From a virus (lineage: Duplodnaviria; Heunggongvirae; Uroviricota; Caudoviricetes), in IMG/VR virus record IMGVR_UViG_3300045988_158256: a DNA stretch of 64,000 nucleotides; one strand, 5' to 3'. The stretch's first letter is position 1. Each line of letters begins with the position of its first letter. Below the pieces are notes generated by a model. That model had not been told where the DNA came from. It saw nothing but the letters and a program-made list of their open reading frames with translations, and ran no database searches. Shown here in pieces: positions 31,458 to 41,773 of the stretch. The position numbers and the translations under genes are program-made.

Positions 31458-31751
31458 ATGTGGAGAGGTAATAGTCATGGCAAAAGCCAGATGATACTTA
31501 CCGAATATCAGTTTGACCATAAAACCAATAAATCACGTTCAGTATATTTGCTTCGGCACAATAGCCGCGTAAGGAATACCGTGCTGGAGCAAAATCTGAC
31601 TGTTGAAATAGATAATTACGGGGGCTTCAAGCCAACAATTTCGCTTGATGATTTTCCTCGTGGTTTAAGCGAAAGAGAAGCAATGCTGAAATTAGCAGAA
31701 TGGCTACAAAGATTAAGCATTGCTATTGAAGATAACTGGTCTGAACCTTAA
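31458..31751 (+). CDS. hypothetical protein
   Basis: 97 aa from ATG with GAGG SD. Confidence 0.35.
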   Translation: MWRGNSHGKSQMILTEYQFDHKTNKSRSVYLLRHNSRVRNTVLEQNLTVEIDNYGGFKPTISLDDFPRGLSEREAMLKLAEWLQRLSIAIEDNWSEP

Positions 31752-31757
31752 ATTTAT

Positions 31758-32132
31758 ATGATGACACTAAAACATTTTCTTGACCGCCCATTATGGGCGG
31801 CAGCCGCAGGCTATGACTTTAATTATATGGATTGCATGTCTTATACCGCCAATGCATACGACTATTCCTTCAGTCTGCTGCTTAATTCTTTAAGAATATT
31901 GCCGCAAACAGAAGTTGGAGAGCTTCATTTATGGCTATTGGGCTTTATCGCGGCTGGAGTTGGTATTGCTGTATGGCCTTTTATTTTCTGGCTGGTGGCT
32001 GTTGTAGTGTGGTTTAAGTGCAAGACGTACCGGAGAAAGTATTTCTTAGGTGATGGAATGACTGATATTGCCAAAATGAACATTGAAAAATGGACTAAGG
32101 AATGTGAAAAGAAATGGCGCAAAAAGAAATGA
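31758..32132 (+). CDS. hypothetical membrane protein
   Basis: 124 aa; hydrophobic segment LWLLGFIAAGVGIAVWPFIFWLVAVVVWF. Confidence 0.4.
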   Translation: MMTLKHFLDRPLWAAAAGYDFNYMDCMSYTANAYDYSFSLLLNSLRILPQTEVGELHLWLLGFIAAGVGIAVWPFIFWLVAVVVWFKCKTYRRKYFLGDGMTDIAKMNIEKWTKECEKKWRKKK

Positions 32133-33046
32133 CCAGAATCACTGAAGAGCGTATATCAGAGATTATTTCCCGTATCGAAATGTATGGTCACGGTGCTGGA
32201 TATACGGCAGATGAAGTATTGGCACTTGCCCAAATGGCTTTGGCGGCTTGCAAAGATGATAAAAAAATGAAGCTTATCGACTTGTTAGTGAAGGAGCTGC
32301 CTAAGTGTGGCGGGTGGCCTGATGGAATGAGTTATTGTTACCTACCCAGTGTCAATTTAATGGCACCATGCGCGACTTTTGCTTTTGGCTCAGACCACAA
32401 AAAAGACACTTTCTTTGGGCGCAATTTTTGTTGTGAGATTGAGCTTCCAATTGGTGACCTTGATAGCGATGAATACCAGTCAGTTGTCACTCGCGAACAA
32501 TACGAATCAGCTCTCATAGCGTCGCAGAAAGTCGAGTTCAATGGTGATGAACTTGAAAGTAAGACTTACAGGTTGGATTTTGGGCAATGGCTGGAACAGC
32601 AACGCGGGAAAATCGATGTGGACTGTGGTTGTGTGTCCACTGAAACATTCATGCACTGGCTGCGGGTAGCTTACGAGGCTGGCAACTATCCGGATATTCC
32701 GGATAGTTCGGTGCCAGCGCCAGGAAAGGGCGTCACCGGTGAACGTATCCGCATTAAGCCGCATGTTTATCGCGAACTGGTTAACCGTCTCCACGATACA
32801 GCGATCAAGTGTGCTGGCACCCAGCAATTACGAGAAAGAATTAGCCGTGTTTTGGGCGACGTTATTACGCCATATCATCATAAACAAGCCGAGAAAAGCG
32901 GTCTGGAAAGGTGTCATCTTGAGGCAGCATTAAACATTAAGCCGGGGCATACGCTTGGCATTATTGATGCACTGTTGGTTCATAAGATGGCCAGGGCTTT
33001 ATTGTCGTTGGTGGACGCTGGTGATACAAGCGAGGGTGAAGTATGA
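32114..33046 (+). CDS. hypothetical protein
   Basis: 310-aa ORF. Confidence 0.4.
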   Translation: MAQKEMTRITEERISEIISRIEMYGHGAGYTADEVLALAQMALAACKDDKKMKLIDLLVKELPKCGGWPDGMSYCYLPSVNLMAPCATFAFGSDHKKDTFFGRNFCCEIELPIGDLDSDEYQSVVTREQYESALIASQKVEFNGDELESKTYRLDFGQWLEQQRGKIDVDCGCVSTETFMHWLRVAYEAGNYPDIPDSSVPAPGKGVTGERIRIKPHVYRELVNRLHDTAIKCAGTQQLRERISRVLGDVITPYHHKQAEKSGLERCHLEAALNIKPGHTLGIIDALLVHKMARALLSLVDAGDTSEGEV

Positions 33047-33405
33047 GAGTTGCAGATCACATCAAACACCTTGAAAGAATTATCGAAAACGGTGAACTCT
33101 TAAGAGATCAGATGAGACGCACGGCAGAAGCCAGGGAGGCGATAATCCGCAGTCAGGCTGGTAAATTAAAGCAATTATCAGAGATTAACGCGCTATACAA
33201 GAACAGACGTAACCGGGCGGCGCTGCGGCTTCAGAAAGCACGTAATGAAATTAAATTGGTGGAGGCAAAACTGAAAAAACAGATTCAGCGTTACGATCAG
33301 CAAGATGCTTTTTATGCCGCCATCAAGGCGGCTGCTAATGAAATAGGCATCTGGAAGTTGCTGGTGGAGAAAGCAAAGACGAAGTTAAATGCCAACGAAA
33401 GCTGA
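33043..33405 (+). CDS. hypothetical coiled-coil protein
   Basis: 120-aa ORF overlapping upstream stop. Confidence 0.4.
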   Translation: MRVADHIKHLERIIENGELLRDQMRRTAEAREAIIRSQAGKLKQLSEINALYKNRRNRAALRLQKARNEIKLVEAKLKKQIQRYDQQDAFYAAIKAAANEIGIWKLLVEKAKTKLNANES

Positions 33406-33479
33406 ACTACAGGTACCCACCAGCACATACAGAAAATGATTGTTTCCACATCAAGGAGATTTTAATGTTTCACTGAACA

Positions 33480-33617
33480 TTAAGTAAGCCAGTGCATAAT
33501 TCCATTTTTTACTGACCTTAAAAGCAAAATCAAAACGATGATGAGGATGATCGCCAGAATCTGGCTAATAACAGGCGCATCTAAAAATGCACTCAGGAAC
33601 TGAAAAAAAGCAGTCAT
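33480..33617 (-). CDS. 45-aa hydrophobic single-TM peptide
   Basis: MTAFFQFLSAFLDAPVISQILAIILIIVLILLLRSVKNGIMHWLT; not in ORF track. Confidence 0.3.
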   Translation of the reverse strand: MTAFFQFLSAFLDAPVISQILAIILIIVLILLLRSVKNGIMHWLT

Positions 33618-34066
33618 TAAGGTGGTTCCTTGTCAAATGTAAAGGAGCACTTGCTCACGTTGACGTAGAAACCCAACCCCTATATAGTTGGATTCGGTGA
33701 AAGAAAGTCGTTAACGTGAGCTTACGGCACATGTTTTCGGAACAACATCAGGGAACGGCTAATTCCTTGATGCGGATGGGGTCTGTAATGCAGACCCTAT
33801 CTATTAACGTCATGATTGCATCTCAAATTTTCTCCTTATCTTCATTAATCAAAATTCATTTCATTTGTGAAACATCACAATATTTAGAAAATGGCCCTCT
33901 TGCAAGTGCATAACTTTGTGGATAAATCAGGAAGAAAAAAGTTGATTCTGCGCACGGCAAGGCAGATAAGCTGTGCACAAAAATCAATGGGAAAAGAAAA
34001 AAAATTAAAAGTTACTTTGCTGGTTAAATAATAGTCGTTACGCAATTGTTCTGGATGGGATTTGAT

Positions 34067-34318
34067 ATGCACGATTGGAATATTGCAGCTAAAAGTCAGG
34101 AAGAACGGGATAAGGTTAACGTTGATCTGGCTGCCAGCGGTGTGGCGTACAAAGAGCGATTGAACATACCTGTCATAGCTGAACAGGTAGCCCGCGAGCA
34201 ACCAGAGAATCTGCGCACCTATTTCATGGAACGGTTACGGCACTATCGGCAGTTAAGCCTCCAGTTGCCAAAAGGGAGCGATCCGGTGTATCAGAACGAG
34301 GATGCACCAAAAAAATAA
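34067..34318 (+). CDS. hot: homologue of DNA polymerase III theta subunit (HolE)
   Basis: [36 protein letters not shown] aligns with E. coli HolE. Confidence 0.7.
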   Translation: MHDWNIAAKSQEERDKVNVDLAASGVAYKERLNIPVIAEQVAREQPENLRTYFMERLRHYRQLSLQLPKGSDPVYQNEDAPKK

Positions 34319-34403
34319 CGGCAAGATGGGGGAGAAATGTGATTAGCCCCCAGCGTGGCGCGCCTACAAACCCCGCTTTCACAAACTATGCCTTTTCAAT
34401 GTA

Positions 34404-34423
34404 TACTGTATGAATAAACAGTA
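34404..34423 (+). promoter_or_regulatory. LexA box (SOS operator)
   Basis: TACTGTATGAATAAACAGTA fits CTGT-N8-ACAG consensus, 19 nt upstream of humD. Confidence 0.8.
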
Positions 34424-34441
34424 TCATTGAGGTAAAACGCT

Positions 34442-34831
34442 ATGGGCTTCCCTTCTCCTGCGGCGGATTATGTTGAAAGCCGAATTTCTCTTGATCAGCA
34501 GATAATTAGACATCCTTCAGCGACCTACTTCATGCGGGCAGCTGATAGCCATCACCGTGAGGGAATATTGCAGGGTGCTTTGCTGGTGGTTGATTCCTCG
34601 CTTACTCCGGTTGATGGTTCTCTGCTTGTGTGCGCTATGGAGGGTGAATATCGCATAAAGAGATACAGGAAGTATCCGCGCCAGCACCTGGAGGATTTAA
34701 GCACCGGGAAGAAAGAGGCGTTACCAGTAGATGACGATGGATACACGGGCAGTAATGCTGTTTTTGGTGTGATCACTCATGTCATCAATGATGCCCGAAG
34801 TGGGGAATTTGATGATTGTCCGGTTATTTAA
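34442..34831 (+). CDS. humD: UmuD-prime-like S24 peptidase-fold protein
   Basis: 129-aa LexA/UmuD C-terminal-domain-like ORF preceded by LexA box. Confidence 0.75.
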   Translation: MGFPSPAADYVESRISLDQQIIRHPSATYFMRAADSHHREGILQGALLVVDSSLTPVDGSLLVCAMEGEYRIKRYRKYPRQHLEDLSTGKKEALPVDDDGYTGSNAVFGVITHVINDARSGEFDDCPVI

Positions 34832-34872
34832 GCTGCAAAGTGCTGGTGCTTTATGCCTGTGAAGTTTATAAT

Positions 34873-34895
34873 TGTGTACACATAACGAGTACACG
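34873..34895 (+). promoter_or_regulatory. phd-doc operator palindromes
   Basis: TGTGTACACA perfect palindrome plus adjacent GAGTACAC half-mismatched copy between -10 region and phd SD. Confidence 0.55.
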
Positions 34896-34903
34896 AGGTG
34901 TTT

Positions 34904-35125
34904 ATGCAATCCATTAACTTCCGTACCGCGCGTGGCAACCTTTCTGAAGTGCTCAACAATGTTGAAGCCGGGGAAGAGGTTGAAATCACCCGCAGAGGCC
35001 GTGAGCCAGCAGTAATTGTCAGCAAGGCTACTTTCGAAGCCTACAAAAAAGCGGCGCTGGATGCTGAATTTGCATCCCTGTTTGACACCCTGGACTCCAC
35101 CAACAAGGAACTGGTTAACCGATAA
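34904..35125 (+). CDS. phd: antitoxin Phd
   Basis: 73 aa [41 protein letters not shown]; recognised as P1 Phd. Confidence 0.95.
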
Positions 35126-35505
35126 TGAGGCATATATCACCGGAAGAACTTATTGCGCTTCATGATGCGAATATAAGCCGCTACGGCGGCCTGCCGGGAA
35201 TGTCAGATCCGGGTAGGGCAGAGGCCATTATCGGGAGAGTTCAGGCCAGAGTTGCCTACGAAGAGATCACCGACCTTTTCGAAGTCTCCGCCACCTACCT
35301 GGTGGCTACGGCGAGAGGGCATATATTCAATGATGCCAATAAGCGTACCGCGCTAAACAGTGCGCTGCTATTTCTACGCCGTAACGGGGTGCAGGTATTT
35401 GATTCACCTGAACTGGCAGACCTTACTGTAGGCGCTGCGACTGGCGAGATATCTGTATCTTCTGTCGCCGACACGTTACGTAGATTGTATGGTTCTGCGG
35501 AGTAG
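35125..35505 (+). CDS. doc: toxin Doc (Fic-fold kinase)
   Basis: 126 aa, overlaps phd stop; recognised as P1 Doc. Confidence 0.95.
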
Positions 35506-35509
35506 ATTA

Positions 35510-35689
35510 ATGGCACGCAAATACAACAAATTGTCCCGTGAAGCGTTAAAGATGCTTCTTGATGGCGTGAGTCGCCGCAAGGTAAAGCAATACCTGGTTG
35601 GTAAGCAAATTGGAGTCAGGACCGCTATTGCTGTGTTATGCCGTCAGGAAATGGTTGTGCTTAAACAGAGAATGCCGGGCAGCAGATAA
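35510..35689 (+). CDS. pdcA: small basic protein downstream of doc
   Basis: 59 aa from ATG 5 nt after doc stop. Confidence 0.45.
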   Translation: MARKYNKLSREALKMLLDGVSRRKVKQYLVGKQIGVRTAIAVLCRQEMVVLKQRMPGSR

Positions 35690-35716
35690 AGCCCAATCAG
35701 TGATTAAAGGTGTGAT

Positions 35717-36760
35717 GTGAAAGCCGTAATTACTCCCTTTGTACAGAAAGAGCTTGGCCTCGCCACGTTCAAAGTGGATCAGGAGGTCAGAAAGCTGGTG
35801 GAGGCTGGCCGTAAATTTATTATGGAGCCGGTGCCGCGTGAGTTAATCGAGCACATGGAAGACGGCCTCGTTGTTACCGAGCAAACCATGGCAACAAATG
35901 AGGCGTTGCAGCCGTTTTTTAACAGCGATGAACTGTTTCGCCGTATTGGTGGAATTGACGCGCTGGTGGCGTGGTTGCGTAGGAAAGAGGGTCAATGCCA
36001 GGCCGCAGATCGTAGTTGGTGTGACAACCATATTGTCCACGCTGAACGAGACAATAGCGCGGTGTTGTTGTGCTGGCATCACGATAACCATTACCGGATG
36101 CGTGGTTTTAATGAGCTGAAAGAAACGCTGCACAATAATCGCGTTAACTGGATACTGGATGTCGCCCGTCAGGAAATGGGCCTTTCAAATAGCCATGATT
36201 TAAGTATTCAGGAGCTGTGCTGGTGGGCTTTCATGCGCAACATGATGCACCTGATGCCGGAAGAAGTCTGCCGCATATCAATAAATAAGATGAAGGCTAC
36301 TCCGCAGGATAGCGGACCTCTGAAAGAGGCGGATATTCGCCCGTATGACGATCGCGCTACAGCATATGTTCAGATGATGGAAGAACGCGCCGCGCCGATG
36401 CGTGCAAAAGTATGCCCTGTGGATGTTGACTCCGACCCAGGTATGGCGCATTTCAAGATACCAAAACTTCAATCGCTAAAATTGCCCGAGTACATGGACT
36501 TTGTGGCTTCCCGTCCATGCTGTGGCTGTGGAGCTGCGGGAGCTGGCGCTCACATTACGCCTTATATCGTTCGTCATAGTCGATTATGCGCGCATGACAT
36601 TTATGCTATTCCTCTGTGCCAGTCATGCCAGCGTGATATTGAGCGTGACCGCGATAATTGGGAGAAGACGCACGGTAGGCTGGCGATGCATCAACGATTG
36701 TTCTTTGATTACGCGCTTGGAGTCGGCGCTATCACAAGTCATTCGTCGAGCGTTAGATAA
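35717..36760 (+). CDS. pdcB: Cys/His-rich protein downstream of doc
   Basis: 347 aa; CWHHDNH and [12 protein letters not shown] ... CAHD ... CQSCQRD metal-binding-like clusters. Confidence 0.5.
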   Translation: MKAVITPFVQKELGLATFKVDQEVRKLVEAGRKFIMEPVPRELIEHMEDGLVVTEQTMATNEALQPFFNSDELFRRIGGIDALVAWLRRKEGQCQAADRSWCDNHIVHAERDNSAVLLCWHHDNHYRMRGFNELKETLHNNRVNWILDVARQEMGLSNSHDLSIQELCWWAFMRNMMHLMPEEVCRISINKMKATPQDSGPLKEADIRPYDDRATAYVQMMEERAAPMRAKVCPVDVDSDPGMAHFKIPKLQSLKLPEYMDFVASRPCCGCGAAGAGAHITPYIVRHSRLCAHDIYAIPLCQSCQRDIERDRDNWEKTHGRLAMHQRLFFDYALGVGAITSHSSSVR

Positions 36761-36761
36761 A

Positions 36762-36778
36762 ATTGCTCTAATGTATTG
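36762..36778 (+). promoter_or_regulatory. C1 operator-like site upstream of lpa
   Basis: ATTGCTCTAATGTATTG, 14/17, with overlapping second partial copy. Confidence 0.5.
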
Positions 36779-36848
36779 CTATTTATTTAATCGAGGGTAT
36801 TATATTCGACGTTGATTAGTTGACATGGGCTAATCAGTAGGTGACAGG

Positions 36849-37301
36849 ATGTTACTTAACTGGCAGGGACGCCACTTCATGGAAATAAATCACTCACGAA
36901 TAACATCGTACGAGATTGCGGATTACATGATCCGCACTAAATCTCTTCTATCAGCGAAAGAACTCGCAGCAATTCTTGAAAAGGAATACCCGCATCTGGA
37001 TGTCGATAAGCGCGATGTTTATCTGCGCTTAAAGGCTATCGCTGTGTCTAAGTATTCGTCTGTTTTGATTGATGACAGTACACGCCCACGTAGATTTCAG
37101 ATCCACTCTCTGAATCCTGAATTCTTTCGCCGCAGCCGCGCTCCGCGCCGGTTTGATGAAAAACTCCAGAACGAACTCTATATGACGCAGGACGAAAAGG
37201 AACGCCGGGAGCACCAGCCTTGGGTGGTGGCGCGTCAACTTTTCAATAAGGTGGTCCGTCAGCACCGTCATTACGGTAATGCCACATCCGCACGTATCTG
37301 A
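36849..37301 (+). CDS. lpa: late promoter activator Lpa
   Basis: 150-aa ORF under C1 operator, immediately upstream of pacA. Confidence 0.55.
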   Translation: MLLNWQGRHFMEINHSRITSYEIADYMIRTKSLLSAKELAAILEKEYPHLDVDKRDVYLRLKAIAVSKYSSVLIDDSTRPRRFQIHSLNPEFFRRSRAPRRFDEKLQNELYMTQDEKERREHQPWVVARQLFNKVVRQHRHYGNATSARI

Positions 37302-37328
37302 TTGATTGCTTGCCCGTTCCGGGCCTTT

Positions 37329-37339
37329 TGACATGTGAC
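37329..37339 (+). promoter_or_regulatory. late-promoter-like box GACATGTGACT
   Basis: ACAWGTGACT-type motif about 50 nt upstream of pacA start. Confidence 0.4.
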
Positions 37340-37387
37340 TTTCGTTACCCTCGCGTCAAAAAGAGTTTTATACGAAAGGAAGCATAA

Positions 37388-38581
37388 GTGACCTGGGACG
37401 ATCACAAGAAGAATTTTGCTCGCCTGGCGCGAGATGGTGGTTACACCATCGCACAATATGCCGCCGAGTTTAATCTCAACCCAAACACCGCACGTCGTTA
37501 TCTCCGTGCATTCAAAGAAGACACCGGAACAGCGGACAGCCGTAAGCCAAATAAGCCTGTCAGAAAACCACTAAAAAGCATGATCATTGATCACGCTAAT
37601 GATCAACGTGCAGGTGATCACGTTGTGGCTGAAATGGCTGAAAAACAAAGAGTTAATGCTGTTGTCAGTGCCGCAGTCGAGAACGCGAAGCGCCAGAATA
37701 AGCGCATAAATGATCGTTCTGATGATCATGACGTGATCACCCGCGCCCACCGGACCTTACGTGATCGCCTGGAACGCGACACCCTGGATGATGATGGTGA
37801 ACGCTTTGAATTCGAAGCTGGCGATTACCTGATAGATAACGTTGAAGCGCGGAAGGCCGCGCGCGCTATGTTGCGTCGGTCCGGGGCTGATGTTCTGGAA
37901 ACCACTCTTCTGGAAAAGTCTCTCTCTCATCTCCTTATGCTGGAGAACGCCAGGGATACGTGTATTCGCCTGGTGCAGGAAATGCGCGATCAGCAAAAAG
38001 ACGATGATGAAGGTACTCCGCCTGAATACCGTATCGCGAGCATGCTAAACAGCTGTTCCGCGCAGATAAGCAGCCTGATCAACACCATTTACAGCATCCG
38101 GAATAACTATCGAAAAGAAAGCCGGGAGGCGGAAAAGCACGCTTTGTCTATGGGGCAAGCTGGCATTGTTAAGCTGGCATACGAACGAAAGCGTGAAAAT
38201 AACTGGTCAGTGCTGGAAGCAGCTGAATTCATTGAGGCGCATGGCGGGAAAGTGCCGCCCCTGATGCTGGAGCAAATCAAAGCCGATCTGCGTGCTCCTA
38301 AGACCAATACCGATGATGAGGAAAGGCAAACAGCCGTCGGTGGCCCTTCTCTTGAAGATCTGGACAAAGTTGCGCGAGAACGGGCCGCCAACCGCCGCGC
38401 CGATGCCGCATTGTGGATTGAGCAGCGTAGGGAAGAAATCGCCGATATCGTTGATACAGGCGGTTATGGAGATGTTGATACTGAAGGTGTATCAAACGAC
38501 CCATGGCTGGAACAAGACCTGGACGAAGACGAGGAGGAAGACGAAGAAGTTACCCGCAAGCTATACGGGGATGATGATTAA
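37388..38581 (+). CDS. pacA: terminase small subunit PacA
   Basis: 397 aa, GTG start with AAGGAAG SD; contains the pac site; acidic C-terminus. Confidence 0.85.
   Translation: MTWDDHKKNFARLARDGGYTIAQYAAEFNLNPNTARRYLRAFKEDTGTADSRKPNKPVRKPLKSMIIDHANDQRAGDHVVAEMAEKQRVNAVVSAAVENAKRQNKRINDRSDDHDVITRAHRTLRDRLERDTLDDDGERFEFEAGDYLIDNVEARKAARAMLRRSGADVLETTLLEKSLSHLLMLENARDTCIRLVQEMRDQQKDDDEGTPPEYRIASMLNSCSAQISSLINTIYSIRNNYRKESREAEKHALSMGQAGIVKLAYERKRENNWSVLEAAEFIEAHGGKVPPLMLEQIKADLRAPKTNTDDEERQTAVGGPSLEDLDKVARERAANRRADAALWIEQRREEIADIVDTGGYGDVDTEGVSNDPWLEQDLDEDEEEDEEVTRKLYGDDD
37581..37739. other. pac: pac packaging initiation site
   Basis: Four TGATCA hexamers at 37581-37620 and three TGATC(A/G) at 37711-37739 inside pacA, the classic 4+3 Dam-site hexamer arrangement. 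Confidence 0.85.
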
Positions 38582-40065
38582 TGGCCAGAAGTTGCGTAAC
38601 GGATCCACGTTGGCGCGAGCTGGTGGCGCTATATCGTTATGACTGGATTGCTGCCGCTGATGTTTTGTTCGGCAAAACACCTACCTGGCAGCAGGATCTG
38701 ATTATTGAGTCTGTGCAGGAACAGGGTAGCAAGACATCTGTTTCGTCTGGTCACGGTACCGGGAAATCAGACATGACTTCTATCATGATCATGTTGTTCA
38801 TAATCATGTATCCCGGTGCCCGCGCCATTATCGTTGCGAACAAAATTCAGCAGGTAATGACCGGTATATTCAAGTACATCAAGATAAACTGGGCTACTGC
38901 CACCAGCCGTTTTCCATGGCTTGCTGATTATTTTGTTCTGACAGAAACCGCTTTCTATGAGGTTACTGGTAAAGGTGTATGGACTGTAGTACCGAAGGGC
39001 TTTCGTCTGGGAAGTGAAGAAGCTCTCGCCGGTGAACACGCAGATCATCTTCTGTATATTATCGATGAAGCCTCCGGTGTCAGTGATAGAGCTTTCGGTA
39101 TCATCACCGGTGCTCTTACCGGACAGGATAACCGCATCTTATTGCTGTCACAGCCTACACGCCCAAGCGGCTATTTCTACGATACACACCATAAACTGGC
39201 CAAGCGTCCTGGTAACCCTGATGGCGTTTATACGGCGATCACGCTTAACAGTGAGGAATCACCGTTGGTAACGCCAGCATTTATCAAAATGAAGCTGGCG
39301 GAGTACGGCGGGCGTGATAACCCTATGTACATGATTAAGGTACGCGGCCTATTCCCTAAATCACAGGATGGCTTCCTTCTTGGACGTGATGAGGTTGAAC
39401 GTGCAACGCGGCGGAAAGTCAAGATTGCCAAAGGATGGGGCTGGCTTGCATGTGTGGACGTTGCTGGTGGTACGGGACGGGATAAGTCCGTTATCAATAT
39501 CATGATGGTGTCCGGCCAGCGAAATAAACGCCGTGTAATCAACTATCGAATGCTGGAATACACAGACGTTACAGAAACGCAGCTTGCCGCCAAAATTTTC
39601 GCAGAATGTAATCCTGAGCGATTCCCAAATATCACCATAGCGATAGACGGCGATGGCCTGGGTAAAGCAACGGCGGATCTGATGTACGAGTATTATGGTA
39701 TTACCGTACAGCGTATACGCTGGGGTAAAAAGATGCATAGCCGTGAAGATAAGAGCCTGTACTTTGATAAACGTGCTTATGCCAACGTTCAAGCCGCAGA
39801 GGCCGTAAAATCTGGTCGTATGAGACTGGATAAGGGTAATGAAACTATTGAGGAAGCGTCGAAAATCCCTGTAGGGATTAACTCCGCAGGTCAATGGAAG
39901 GTGATGAGTAAGGAGGATATGAAGAAAAAACTCAACCTGCACTCACCAGACCATTGGGATACATATTGTTTCGCTATGCTGGCGGATTATGTTCCCCAGG
40001 ATGAAGTGCTTAGCGTCGAAGACGAAGCGCAGGTTGATGAAGCTCTGGCATGGCTTAATGAATGA
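38581..40065 (+). CDS. pacB: terminase large subunit PacB
   Basis: 494 aa; start overlaps pacA stop (TAATG). Confidence 0.85.
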   Translation: MARSCVTDPRWRELVALYRYDWIAAADVLFGKTPTWQQDLIIESVQEQGSKTSVSSGHGTGKSDMTSIMIMLFIIMYPGARAIIVANKIQQVMTGIFKYIKINWATATSRFPWLADYFVLTETAFYEVTGKGVWTVVPKGFRLGSEEALAGEHADHLLYIIDEASGVSDRAFGIITGALTGQDNRILLLSQPTRPSGYFYDTHHKLAKRPGNPDGVYTAITLNSEESPLVTPAFIKMKLAEYGGRDNPMYMIKVRGLFPKSQDGFLLGRDEVERATRRKVKIAKGWGWLACVDVAGGTGRDKSVINIMMVSGQRNKRRVINYRMLEYTDVTETQLAAKIFAECNPERFPNITIAIDGDGLGKATADLMYEYYGITVQRIRWGKKMHSREDKSLYFDKRAYANVQAAEAVKSGRMRLDKGNETIEEASKIPVGINSAGQWKVMSKEDMKKKLNLHSPDHWDTYCFAMLADYVPQDEVLSVEDEAQVDEALAWLNE

Positions 40066-40068
40066 ATA

Positions 40069-40085
40069 TTTGCTCTAATAAATTG
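40069..40085 (+). promoter_or_regulatory. C1 operator-like site
   Basis: TTTGCTCTAATAAATTG, 15/17. Confidence 0.55.
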
Positions 40086-40149
40086 TGTTTTTTAACTACC
40101 GATGTTACATTGAGCCTGACCTCTTGCGCCTTGAGGCATTTTCGGTTTA

Positions 40150-40239
40150 TGCTTATCAGGCACCTCATTAAAACGGGTGCCGGGATTGGCCTCCCGCTTA
40201 AGTCTAAGGCGATACAGACGCCGCTCGCGTCTTTTTTTT
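40150..40239 (+). ncRNA. candidate c4-like antisense RNA
   Basis: Non-coding stretch between operator and icd-like gene ending in an intrinsic terminator; contains GGCCTCC partly complementary to the icd SD region; boundaries approximate. Confidence 0.3.
40217..40239 (+). terminator. rho-independent terminator
   Basis: GACGC-cgctc-GCGTC hairpin followed by T8. Confidence 0.65.
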
Positions 40240-40404
40240 GTATCGGCGTACACGCACACCTCTACAATGGTGGGCTGTATGGGGCTACCTTCGGGTAGGC
40301 TGGTTACCTTGGACGCCAGTAAGGCCAACTCCGTACAGTCCACCGCCAGCAAGATTGGTCTCTTCTGCGGTGGTTACATACCAACGTCTAAGGAGGCTGC
40401 CAAT

Positions 40405-40626
40405 ATGGCTACTATCCCTACCCCAACTCATCCTGAATTTATCTGGCGCTTTTACTCCTGCCAAAAACGTCACTATCACTTCGTTATTGCACCGACAGAA
40501 GATGAGGCCCGCTCTCAGCTTCCTGACGCCCCATGTATTTTCTCTGCCCGTTTTTCCACTGATTCACGCAATTCTCTCAGTTACTGGTGCCTCCCTGTTA
40601 ACGCTTCTGCTCAGGAGGGACTATGA
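40405..40626 (+). CDS. small protein preceding antirepressor (Icd-like)
   Basis: 73 aa with AAGGAGG SD; stop overlaps ant start (ATGA). Confidence 0.45.
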   Translation: MATIPTPTHPEFIWRFYSCQKRHYHFVIAPTEDEARSQLPDAPCIFSARFSTDSRNSLSYWCLPVNASAQEGL

Positions 40627-41741
40627 GAACGTCATTAGTCACCCGTGAAGAGATGATCGAGGCAATTGAACAGCACACTGCCTGTATCAGTACCAGGGAT
40701 ATACCAGGCGTTATTGCCAACTACTTCATGATCACCAAACAACTTTACCGGAGAAAGGACAAGAACGCGGTTCACCGTATCCTGTTGTCTGATATCCGCG
40801 AATACCTGCTCGAACAGGGTCATCTGAATTACGCAACCGCCGCAGCCGAAGCACGCAAGGAGGCACACAGAATGAAAGCAACTAACGTTAAATCAGAAAA
40901 AATTCATGCACCTTCAGTTCAAGAATCGGAGCTGGTGGTTGTTCAGAATCAGTCTGATGAAATTCCCGTTCTGGAATGGCAGGGAGTGCGTGTAGTGACA
41001 ACCGAGACTCTTGCTAGAGGGTATGGGACAGAAACAATCCGTATTCGCCAAAATCATCATGAGAACAAAGTACGCTTTGTTGAAGGGAAGCACTTTTTCA
41101 AAGTTGAAGGAGAATCATTGCGCGAGTTGAAGCACAGAGTAGCTTTAAACTACTCTGTAAAAATTGCTCGCAATGTTCGCTCACTCACCCTCTGGACAGA
41201 ACGCGGCGCAGCCCGCCACGCTAAAATGCTCGAAACCGATCAGGCATGGGCATTCTTTGAAAAACTGGAAGACAGCTACTTCCGACAAAAAGAACAGCAA
41301 CCGATCGCAATCCCCCAGACGCTTCCTGAAGCCCTACGCCTGGCTGCCGAACTGGCTGAACAAAAGCAACTTCTGGAACAGAAAGCCCACCAGCTAAATC
41401 AGCAGCTGGTGGCCGCCGCTCCTAAAGTCGATTTTGCCGACCGGGTATCAGTAGCTAAAGGGATCCTGATTGGGAATTTTGCAAAGGTTGTTGGACTTAA
41501 ACAAAACGCGCTGTTTGTCTGGTTACGGGAGAACGGCATCCTGATAGCGTCCGGTGGACGTAAAAATGTGCCGTTCCAGCAGTACATCAACGCGGGGTAT
41601 TTCACGGTGAAAGAAGTGGTGCTGGATGATGAAGATGGCTACCAGATACGGTTGACGCCTCAATTAACGGGTAAAGGCCAGCAGTGGTTGACGCGTAAAC
41701 TGCTCGATGCTGGCTTGTTAAAACCGGTGGCGGCTGAATAA
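40623..41741 (+). CDS. antirepressor-like protein (Bro-N/KilA-C type)
   Basis: 372 aa with AGGAGG SD; central VLEWQGVRVVTTETLARGYG Bro-N-like segment. Confidence 0.55.
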   Translation: MRTSLVTREEMIEAIEQHTACISTRDIPGVIANYFMITKQLYRRKDKNAVHRILLSDIREYLLEQGHLNYATAAAEARKEAHRMKATNVKSEKIHAPSVQESELVVVQNQSDEIPVLEWQGVRVVTTETLARGYGTETIRIRQNHHENKVRFVEGKHFFKVEGESLRELKHRVALNYSVKIARNVRSLTLWTERGAARHAKMLETDQAWAFFEKLEDSYFRQKEQQPIAIPQTLPEALRLAAELAEQKQLLEQKAHQLNQQLVAAAPKVDFADRVSVAKGILIGNFAKVVGLKQNALFVWLRENGILIASGGRKNVPFQQYINAGYFTVKEVVLDDEDGYQIRLTPQLTGKGQQWLTRKLLDAGLLKPVAAE

Positions 41742-41749
41742 TAGAAGAA

Positions 41750-41771
41750 TGCCCGGTTGATGCCGGGCATA
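41750..41771. terminator. bidirectional terminator between ant-like gene and c1
   Basis: ATGCCCGG-ttgatg-CCGGGCAT hairpin. Confidence 0.6.
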
Positions 41772-41773
41772 AT

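Noticed and set aside
40092-40648. Overlapping ORFs of 86-149 aa upstream of the antirepressor-like gene
   Set aside because: They span the operator, candidate small-RNA region and terminator; only the 73-aa frame starting at 40405 has an SD and is coupled to the downstream gene
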